Part shown: piece after piece, positions 39,339 through 46,178 of the stretch
How the letters are laid out: every line of letters begins with the position of its first letter
Position numbering within the stretch: the stretch's first letter is position 1
Source: an uncultured bacterium
GTDB taxonomy: Bacteria; Patescibacteriota; Minisyncoccia; Phycocordibacterales; GWA1-40-21
Assembly: GCA_963804975.1 (NCBI GenBank)
Contig: CAWDSG010000002.1
Location: 560,224 to 606,401, forward strand
Direction of reading: 5' to 3'
Length of the DNA stretch: 46,178 bases
Program-made: the position numbers and the translations under genes
Notes under the pieces: generated by a model
What the model was told of the DNA's origin: nothing
The model's database searches: none
What the model saw: only the letters and a program-made list of their open reading frames with translations

Positions 39339-40778
39339 TTAAACCGAAACCTGCACGTATCTGTCTTCGCTGCGTGGTTTCATCTTGAGCACAGTTTCTC
39401 TTCCGGTCTCAGCCATTCTGATTTTCACTTCCACTTCCGTACCGTTTCGATTTGATAAAATATTTTGAAAATATGGATCTTTGGAACGATAAAGATTCAT
39501 GCTGGTTGAACGCCATTTGCTGAAAGAAGGCCAGTTTAAAACAGGTTTGTCATTGACGGTTATCAAAACATCTCCAGGTTTTATGGAGCGTCCTGCCGCC
39601 ACAGAACCGGGTTCCACATAGCGGACAATATGCCAATTCTTGGTATCAAATCCGAGTCCAAGCCCGCTATAGCAATATCTCTGCATTGCGTATTTATGAG
39701 AATTTGCGGAATCGTCAGAAAACTGATTTAAAAGCTGTTCGAACATGATCGGCGCGATTCCGCGGATATCCTGATTAAATCCTTCTTCGTCCGTTTCACC
39801 GAGCCATATCAATGGAGGTGTTTCGGTTTTTTTATTTTTCAAAAGTTTTTCATGATTCAGGAAATTAAGGCGGATATTGCTGTAATAACTCGTCGTAGTA
39901 TATCCGGAAATTGAACTTGAACTTGTAACCGGCACCTGCGAAGTAAATCCTCCCACATTCCAGCCGATCATTCCGTAATTCCAGACGGATTTCAATTCGG
40001 TGCTCGTGACCGTAGTCGGCGGAGTGTATTGCTCTTTTTTGCCGATATAAAAATCCATACTGATTGTAATTTGCGGATTTTTTTCTGAGCGGGAAAGACC
40101 GTGTTTTTGCAAAACTTTTTCCAACAGTTTGAAAAGTTCTTTTTCCAAAAGCGGATTCGTCTTGCTGGTATAATCAAAATCAAATGTCTTGAAGTCGGTA
40201 AGTTTTTCATCGGCATCTTTATATGTCCGGATATTCATTTCTTCCACCGGAAAATAGGTAGGAAAAACCTGAATGCCCGCGCCTGTTGTCTGCGTTCCCA
40301 CAAAAGCCACAAGATTCGTTTCAAAAGTATATGTGCCTCTTGTCATATCGACTCCCAAACCTTTGGCTACGAAGAATTTTCTGCTTATAAAATTGACCAA
40401 GAAATAATATACAATCAATATTACAACCGCCAAAATAATATAAGTGATGCTTCCTCCCATTACACCGAGAATAATTTTTGTTATTATGCCGTTAAAATCT
40501 ATACTGCCTGCAAGAAAAAATGCCAGCACGGCAAAAATCGGAAGTATGTAAAAAAAGAATTTCGTAGCTTTATAATAGATGACTAGTATCACTACCGCGC
40601 AAATAAGGAAAAACGTATTATTTTCCATCAAGCTAGAAATCTTTTTCGCAGTCAGTGCATGGAAATTTATATTTGAACTCAATAAAAGATAAGCAATGAC
40701 CACAACAGGAATCCACAAATAAATTGTTTTTATAATCTTAAAAAATGACTTTTCCAAAAATAATAATGTTTTTTTCAT
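39339..40778 (-). CDS. Multi-TM protein with DUF4136-like region and C-terminal PDZ domain
   Basis: Hydrophobic N-terminus; GLGLGF..VEPGSVAA..IKPGDVLITVND PDZ; ATG at 40778 preferred because the track start overlaps a terminator. Confidence 0.75.
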   Translation of the reverse strand: MKKTLLFLEKSFFKIIKTIYLWIPVVVIAYLLLSSNINFHALTAKKISSLMENNTFFLICAVVILVIYYKATKFFFYILPIFAVLAFFLAGSIDFNGIITKIILGVMGGSITYIILAVVILIVYYFLVNFISRKFFVAKGLGVDMTRGTYTFETNLVAFVGTQTTGAGIQVFPTYFPVEEMNIRTYKDADEKLTDFKTFDFDYTSKTNPLLEKELFKLLEKVLQKHGLSRSEKNPQITISMDFYIGKKEQYTPPTTVTSTELKSVWNYGMIGWNVGGFTSQVPVTSSSSISGYTTTSYYSNIRLNFLNHEKLLKNKKTETPPLIWLGETDEEGFNQDIRGIAPIMFEQLLNQFSDDSANSHKYAMQRYCYSGLGLGFDTKNWHIVRYVEPGSVAAGRSIKPGDVLITVNDKPVLNWPSFSKWRSTSMNLYRSKDPYFQNILSNRNGTEVEVKIRMAETGRETVLKMKPRSEDRYVQVSV

Positions 40779-40834
40779 TTGCTGTATTTTAGCACATCCC
40801 AAAAATAAATCTAAATCACCAACAAAGCGTAAAA

Positions 40835-40861
40835 TGCGGCGCGGCCTTTGGCCGCGCCGCA
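40835..40861 (-). terminator. Intrinsic terminator
   Basis: Perfect 12-bp stem TGCGGCGCGGCC/GGCCGCGCCGCA followed by TTTT on the minus strand. Confidence 0.8.
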
Positions 40862-40874
40862 CCTCTGCATTTCC

Positions 40875-40919
40875 CTATTTCTTTCGGTGCTTGAAAAATT
40901 CAACCTGCCCCAAACGTTT
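40875..40919 (-). pseudogene. 3' fragment of a diverged allele of the 49-aa gene
   Basis: Encodes KRLGQVEFFKHRKK* versus KRLRQVEFFKHRKE in the intact copy. Confidence 0.75.
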
Positions 40920-40925
40920 TTCCTG

Positions 40926-40956
40926 CCCTGTCAAATCTGAATTCTATTTGACGGGG
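40926..40956. repeat. REP-like palindrome supplying the stop codon of the 49-aa gene
   Basis: CCCTGTCAAAT-9 nt-ATTTGACGGGG. Confidence 0.65.
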
Positions 40957-41093
40957 TGAGCTTCTTTTCTGTGTTTAAAGAACTCAACTTGCCTTAGGCG
41001 TTTCTTTGCCTCAGCTAATGTTCTATAACTTCCGAATTTCCTCCCACTCGTCTCCGACATCACCACATATTTACTTTTAATCTTTTTGATCAT
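40944..41093 (-). CDS. Small basic 49-aa protein (below the ORF-track cutoff)
   Basis: MIKKIKSKYVVMSETSGRKFGSYRTLAEAKKRLRQVEFFKHRKEAHPVK; starts 3 nt after the upstream stop. Confidence 0.8.
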   Translation of the reverse strand: MIKKIKSKYVVMSETSGRKFGSYRTLAEAKKRLRQVEFFKHRKEAHPVK

Positions 41094-41096
41094 AGA

Positions 41097-41522
41097 TTAT
41101 TGCTTCTTTTTGATAGCTTTTTTAATTTGTTTGAAATGATAATTATAATGTCCTTCATGTCCTTCTGGAGTATCCTTCTCAAAAAGCCATCGCATATCTT
41201 CTCTGCTGCGCAGTTTCTTTTCTCCAATTTGCTTTATCAGGTCCTCAATTTCATACATATATTTTTCCCATTCAGCGATTAATTTTTCTACTGTATAATT
41301 TTGATAATATTTGACCGACTTTGCATTAAATTCATCGTAATTGCCAGTGTGCAAAAACCATAGATTGCCTTTTCCTTGTTCCATAAATTCGCGCAACACC
41401 TTAACGCCTTCTTTTTCCCAGCCAACCATATGAGCTACAACATCTTTGATTGTCCATTTGCTATTGGCTTTTTTATTCCAATCATTCGGTTTAAGAGTTT
41501 TTAGATATGATATAAAATCCAT
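41097..41522 (-). CDS. DinB/ClbS-DfsB-like four-helix bundle protein
   Basis: WTIKDVVAHMVGWE, YDEFNA, HYNYH. Confidence 0.8.
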   Translation of the reverse strand: MDFISYLKTLKPNDWNKKANSKWTIKDVVAHMVGWEKEGVKVLREFMEQGKGNLWFLHTGNYDEFNAKSVKYYQNYTVEKLIAEWEKYMYEIEDLIKQIGEKKLRSREDMRWLFEKDTPEGHEGHYNYHFKQIKKAIKKKQ

Positions 41523-41578
41523 AATCAGATTTTATCAAATTTTACTCCCCCGTACCACCTACTTTTATTTATAACAAA

Positions 41579-41618
41579 CCGACATCACCACATATTTATT
41601 TTTAACCTTTTTGATCAT
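41579..41618 (-). pseudogene. 5' fragment of the 49-aa gene
   Basis: 38/40 nt identical to 41054-41093; encodes MIKKVKNKYVVMS. Confidence 0.8.
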
Positions 41619-42012
41619 GGGTTGTTTTTTTAGATGGAAATAAATTATATTCTATCATTAATTTTTTGATAGCCTTATACACCATAAAAATTACTATAAA
41701 AATAAAAATTATCGGTATAACGCTTTTCCATCCTGTAAAATATGGATTGCTGGTTGTAACTAGTAAAAATTGAACGATTGCAATAGCCACTTGGATAAGT
41801 CCAACAAAAATCAATACGAAAGAAAATCTTGTGGTAGATTTATCCATATCGCTATTTGTTTTTCTGCTCCTTAAAATAGATTTGATCTGAATCTCTTGTA
41901 ATATTCTCATTCTTTTTTCTTGCGAATATACTTCTGGTGACATTTTAATGTTCATATCATCTATTTCATTGAGCAAATCTTTATCTTCTTCTAAATATTT
42001 TTCTTTTTTCAT
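41602..42012 (-). CDS. Hypothetical 2-TM protein
   Basis: Charged N-terminus, two hydrophobic segments, AT-rich. Confidence 0.7.
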   Translation of the reverse strand: MKKEKYLEEDKDLLNEIDDMNIKMSPEVYSQEKRMRILQEIQIKSILRSRKTNSDMDKSTTRFSFVLIFVGLIQVAIAIVQFLLVTTSNPYFTGWKSVIPIIFIFIVIFMVYKAIKKLMIEYNLFPSKKTTHDQKG

Positions 42013-42051
42013 ATTTTTGATTTTTAATAAATATATTGAATTATCTTCTAT

Positions 42052-43185
42052 TTATTCATTTAAAATTTTATTTAATATTTTTATTGATTTTTCTAAATCA
42101 GTATCATTAAATTTATTTTTTTCATCATCGGGATGATGAATTATATGTCTAATATGTAAAGGTAGTGCTAAAATATGGATTTTGCCGTTCGGAAAAATAT
42201 TGTTTCTTACCTCACCATCACAATATTTTATTAAATATTTATTCAATTCTCCATCTTGAGTCATATTACTGATATCTAATTTTTCAATGTTCTTAATTTT
42301 TTGCAATACTTTAGTAAAAAGATGAATATGAAGTAATTCATCTTCAATACCAAAAATAACATCTGGTTCTTTTTTATCTGTCTCGTCCGTTTCGTTTCTA
42401 AAGAAAGAGTAAATTATACTGTCCTTTTCTTTCAAATTAGTATAAGCAAAATATGGATCGTGCGTTGTCATTATAATTTGGTGTTTGTCTTGCTCTGCAA
42501 TCTTTTTTAATGTTGCATTAAGTGTCTTTTTTAATTTTGGATGCAAATAAATTTCAGGTTCTTCAAAAAGAATGAGTATTGGTTTTTGAGCATGCTTTCC
42601 CCTCTCAATAAGAATATCTACATACGCCTTTAAAATAGATGCTGTAATTATTCTTTGTGTTCCCTGTCCTAAAACTTCTAATTTTCTTTCTTCTCCATCC
42701 TCATTTCCCGTGATATCTTCAATTAATGCTTGTATTATGATAGCGGAATCAAGTTCGTCTTTGTTAGGTTTCAATTCCAGGCTATGTTTTTCATTTCCAG
42801 TAAAACTTTTTAAGTTTTTATTTGCGTAGTTTATTAAAGTTTCTATTTCCTTAATAATTTTATCTTTTTCTTTTAATTCAAATTTAATTTCAAGATTAGA
42901 AAATAATTTTGATAAATTTTTAATTAAGTTGGTTGTTTTTGCTGAAGATTTACATTCATTGTCAGAAGGTCTTATATTTTCAGCAGCTATATAAACAATT
43001 TCCGGATCTAATTTTTCTTCATTCTTATCAAAAAATTCAACATTTTTTCTATCATTTATAGCCTGAATAAAATTAGTTTTTCCAGAATTATTTTCCCCAG
43101 TAATAGTTGCCATCCTTTCTAATTCCAATATAAAATCTTTTGGGATAGTTTTGTATTTTTTTGTAATCTTTATTTTTTTTATCAT
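42052..43185 (-). CDS. ABC-type (AAA_15/OLD-like) ATPase with C-terminal HEPN-like motif
   Basis: GENNSGKT, LGQGTQR signature, ILFEEPEIYLHP, TTHDP, IRHIIHHP. Confidence 0.8.
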   Translation of the reverse strand: MIKKIKITKKYKTIPKDFILELERMATITGENNSGKTNFIQAINDRKNVEFFDKNEEKLDPEIVYIAAENIRPSDNECKSSAKTTNLIKNLSKLFSNLEIKFELKEKDKIIKEIETLINYANKNLKSFTGNEKHSLELKPNKDELDSAIIIQALIEDITGNEDGEERKLEVLGQGTQRIITASILKAYVDILIERGKHAQKPILILFEEPEIYLHPKLKKTLNATLKKIAEQDKHQIIMTTHDPYFAYTNLKEKDSIIYSFFRNETDETDKKEPDVIFGIEDELLHIHLFTKVLQKIKNIEKLDISNMTQDGELNKYLIKYCDGEVRNNIFPNGKIHILALPLHIRHIIHHPDDEKNKFNDTDLEKSIKILNKILNE

Positions 43186-43191
43186 AATATA

Positions 43192-43575
43192 TTATTTTTT
43201 ATAATTTATATCTACATCAGGTCCACTTGGAATATCAACAGAGTCATTGCAAACTGGAGTATAGTGATTATACAGAGCTAACTCTGCACCATCACGATCT
43301 TCCTGTTCGTTAATTTCAGCAAATGAAAATTCTGCATGGTATTTTTTAATTCTTTCTGCAAGACATTCGTTTGGTTCATTATCTGTGTCCAAATGTTCCT
43401 TTAGTCTTCTATCTAAATTATTTGCTTGTCCAATATATCGAACTTTGAGCGTTCCGTCATTTTGTTTTATTGAAATTTTGTATACACCCCCAGTAGCAGG
43501 AGCATATTTCTGCACATTATCTGTTATATATTCATAATATCCTTGCCAATCTAATTGTAATGTTCTTTTACTCAT
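43192..43575 (-). CDS. Stand-alone GIY-YIG nuclease
   Basis: GGVYKI..RYIGQANNLDRRLKEH..AE..PVCN; ATG at 43575 preferred because the track start overlaps its promoter. Confidence 0.85.
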   Translation of the reverse strand: MSKRTLQLDWQGYYEYITDNVQKYAPATGGVYKISIKQNDGTLKVRYIGQANNLDRRLKEHLDTDNEPNECLAERIKKYHAEFSFAEINEQEDRDGAELALYNHYTPVCNDSVDIPSGPDVDINYKK

Positions 43576-43605
43576 ATATTTTATTTGTAAGTGTTGATAA
43601 CTATT

Positions 43606-43634
43606 TTGATTTTCTAGTTTTGTTCTAGTATAAT
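43606..43634 (+). promoter_or_regulatory. sigma70 promoter for the lexA-methyltransferase gene
   Basis: TTGATT-17 nt-TATAAT. Confidence 0.7.
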
Positions 43635-43637
43635 ACA

Positions 43638-43666
43638 AGTATATAAATTGTAAGATTTTTTGTCAA
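43638..43666 (-). promoter_or_regulatory. sigma70 promoter for the GIY-YIG/ATPase operon
   Basis: TTGACA-17 nt-TATACT on the minus strand. Confidence 0.75.
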
Positions 43667-43674
43667 TCAAAAAC

Positions 43675-45111
43675 ATGTTAACAAAAAAACAAAAGTTGGT
43701 TTTGGATTATATAAAAGGATACCAGAAAAAAAATGGCTACTCCCCTTCTTTTGAAGAAATCCGAAAACATTTCAAACTCGCTTCTGTTTCTACTGTGGAT
43801 TTTTATATCACAAAATTAATAAATGGCGGCTATTTAGATAAAAAAGATAATAAAGCAAGGTCTATAAGTGTTATGAAAGAAGAATCTTTAATAAAAATTC
43901 CTCTTTTAGGCACTATTGCTGCTGGCCAGCCAATTGAAGCAATTCAAGAAAAAGAAACTATTGCCATTGCAAAATCAAAAATATCCAAAGGAGAAAATAT
44001 TTATGCACTTCGTGTTGCCGGTACCAGTATGATTGAAGAAAATATAAATGATGGCGATATAGTTTTAATTAAAAATCAACCAACTGCTGAAAATGGACAA
44101 AAAATTGTTGCTCTTATAGATAATAGTGAAGTCACGCTCAAAAAGTATTATAAAGAAAAAAATCAGATTAGATTACAACCAGCAAATTCCGAAATGCAAC
44201 CTATTTATATCAAACCATCGCAATTAACTATTCAAGGAATTGTCGTTGATATTATTAAAAATAATGAATCCAATTTTACAGAACAATTAATCATTCCTAA
44301 AAATATAAAACGAAGTGAAAAATTACCATTAAATAAAATTATTTGCGGTGATTGTGTAGAAGTTTTAAAAAGTATACCAGACAATTCAATCGATTTAGTT
44401 GTTACTTCTCCACCATATGACGGGATTAGAAAATATAATGGATTTAGTTTTAATTTACATAGTACAGGAAAAGAATTATTTAGAGTTTTAAAAGATGGCG
44501 GAATTATAGCAATGGTTATACAAGATCAAACAAAAAATTTTGGTAAATCACTTACTTCTTTTAAAACTATAATTGATTGGTGCGAAAATGTTGGATTTAA
44601 ATTATTTGAAACAATTATATATAAAAAACATGGCGCCGAAGGTGCGTGGTGGACAAAAAGATTTCGAGTTGATCATGAGTATATCCCTATTTTTCTTAAA
44701 GGAGAAAGACCAGCGTATTTCAATAAAGAACCATTAAAAATTCCTTCTAAACATGGAGGAAAAACCATGACCGGCTGTGCCACGCGCTTAACCAATGGAA
44801 AAACTTTGAAATCAAAAAGAGTTTTTATTAATCCTATGAAATGCCGAGGAACCTTGTGGGACTACACCACTTGTGGAGATGGAACTCGTCTTAAACATCA
44901 ACATCCTGCCACTTTTCCAGATAAAATACCTGTAGATTTTATTCGATGTTTCTGCCCAAAAAATGGAATTGTTTTAGATCCATTCATTGGTAGTGGTACA
45001 ACGGCATTGGCAGCCATACAATTAAATAGAAATTATATTGGGATAGATATATCTAAAGAATATTGCGAACTAGCAAAAAAAAGGATAAGAGAAGAGATTG
45101 AATTGCTTTAA
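43675..45111 (+). CDS. LexA repressor fused to a beta-class N4-cytosine/N6-adenine DNA methyltransferase
   Basis: LTKKQ..SPSFEEI winged HTH, IAAGQP cleavage site, GTSM and VTLKK catalytic dyad; then TSPPY, HPATFP, DPFIGSGTT; ATG at 43675. Confidence 0.92.
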   Translation: MLTKKQKLVLDYIKGYQKKNGYSPSFEEIRKHFKLASVSTVDFYITKLINGGYLDKKDNKARSISVMKEESLIKIPLLGTIAAGQPIEAIQEKETIAIAKSKISKGENIYALRVAGTSMIEENINDGDIVLIKNQPTAENGQKIVALIDNSEVTLKKYYKEKNQIRLQPANSEMQPIYIKPSQLTIQGIVVDIIKNNESNFTEQLIIPKNIKRSEKLPLNKIICGDCVEVLKSIPDNSIDLVVTSPPYDGIRKYNGFSFNLHSTGKELFRVLKDGGIIAMVIQDQTKNFGKSLTSFKTIIDWCENVGFKLFETIIYKKHGAEGAWWTKRFRVDHEYIPIFLKGERPAYFNKEPLKIPSKHGGKTMTGCATRLTNGKTLKSKRVFINPMKCRGTLWDYTTCGDGTRLKHQHPATFPDKIPVDFIRCFCPKNGIVLDPFIGSGTTALAAIQLNRNYIGIDISKEYCELAKKRIREEIELL

Positions 45112-45113
45112 AA

Positions 45114-46139
45114 TTAAGGGAGTTTGTCAGGTTTTTCAATAGTATATTCTATCGCCACAGAGCTAGTCATTGCCCACGATAGAGGATTCTTTTTCATTAA
45201 ATCATTAAACCTTCCATTGCTTGGTATTAAATTTTCTTTCTTAAATTTATAAACAGAAAATTTTTCAAAAATCCAATTTTTATCAATAAAATTCCAACTA
45301 GTTAATTCTCCCAATATATTAAGAAATTTTTTTATTTTTTCTTTTTCCATATTTGATAAATTAAAACAATTATCTTTTCTTTCCAAATTTATTGGTTCTC
45401 CATTATAATTAGATATTTTTATTTTATCTCCTCCTCTATGTCCATCAGCTATTTTTCTTAATCGATCAAAAAAATCTTTTAATGCCATCATTAAAGAAGA
45501 AGTTGTGTAATGATCATTGAAAAAAATCGAATTCAATGGATTCTTTTTTTCTTCTGCACATAAAAAATTTAACCAACTTAAACAATTGTCAGGATAATTA
45601 AATAAATTCTTGAAAGTTCCATCGGTATATAAAAGCGGACAAATAGCAGTCTTTTTTATCTCTATTTCTCTCTTGTATCCTACTATTCCCAAAATAAGAT
45701 GGATTGCGCCAAGTGGATATTTTTTCTGAAAAGTTGTTTTGCCATCATATCCTCTTATATTATTTGGTTGTATGCAATTTGAAAAATTTAACCAATTTTT
45801 CGGTATATTTTTCTTATTGTATAAAACCATATGGTGCCCTAAACTTTTTATATAGTCCCTAAAAATTTCCATATCAAGAAAAATGCAATCTTTAGTATTT
45901 TCTCCTTTCTTTAGTATTAAAACTTTTCCATCATAAAAACCAACTATGTTCCAGTTCAGTATATTCGACATAAACAAACCGCAAAGTAAACCGTCACTGT
46001 CTGGACTCAAAATACATTTTTGATTTTTTTCAATAATCCAAGGATATTTTTTTATCACATTATCATAAATAATTTTGTCATTTTTATCGACCAGTTCAAA
46101 TTCCTCTTTAACGGTTAGTTTATTATTAGATCTATTCAT
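45114..46139 (-). CDS. DHH-phosphoesterase-like protein
   Basis: SPDSDGLLC (motif I), IFLD (II), GHH (III), YTDG (IV). Confidence 0.7.
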   Translation of the reverse strand: MNRSNNKLTVKEEFELVDKNDKIIYDNVIKKYPWIIEKNQKCILSPDSDGLLCGLFMSNILNWNIVGFYDGKVLILKKGENTKDCIFLDMEIFRDYIKSLGHHMVLYNKKNIPKNWLNFSNCIQPNNIRGYDGKTTFQKKYPLGAIHLILGIVGYKREIEIKKTAICPLLYTDGTFKNLFNYPDNCLSWLNFLCAEEKKNPLNSIFFNDHYTTSSLMMALKDFFDRLRKIADGHRGGDKIKISNYNGEPINLERKDNCFNLSNMEKEKIKKFLNILGELTSWNFIDKNWIFEKFSVYKFKKENLIPSNGRFNDLMKKNPLSWAMTSSVAIEYTIEKPDKLP

Positions 46140-46178
46140 AATATGAGTATATCATTTATATCAAAATTTGCCTTTGCG

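Noticed and set aside
42052-43185. Gabija GajA / OLD nuclease call
   Set aside because: No TOPRIM motifs and no adjacent UvrD-like helicase
41097-46178. Prophage or integrative element interpretation of the island
   Set aside because: No integrase, transposase, structural genes or tRNA-derived att repeat within the window; the right boundary is not visible

Overview
A 46 kb chromosomal segment that reads as a Patescibacteria/CPR (Parcubacteria-like) genome. This is inferred from gene style, the short RF2, a secretin-less type IV pilus cluster and CPR-type surface proteins. TGA is used as a stop, so the code is standard. Core content: ftsEX, prfB, gatCA, ligA, six tRNAs, a full pilM-N-O-P-B-T-C/pilin/pilD cluster with divergent comF, cell-wall enzymes, a CcdA/thioredoxin redox cluster, two AdoMetDC-like genes and two large surface proteins. 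The right end (about 41.1-46.2 kb) is a visibly AT-richer island. It carries a LexA repressor fused to an N4/N6 DNA methyltransferase, a convergent DHH-like protein, and a divergent GIY-YIG / ABC-ATPase-HEPN-like / 2-TM operon driven by overlapping face-to-face sigma70 promoters. This is the best candidate for an undescribed, DNA-damage-coupled defence system. Other notable signals: a 21-bp palindrome inserted in frame in three unrelated proteins, two 131-bp MITE-like hairpins flanking one gene, a CCCGAGGT-N3-ACCTCGGG repeat family, a small gene present as 5' fragment, full copy and 3' fragment at the island border, many apparently leaderless promoters, and prfB starting 1 nt after a tRNA. No CRISPR array, rRNA, integrase or transposase was seen. 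All calls come from reading motifs by eye; no database searches were run.
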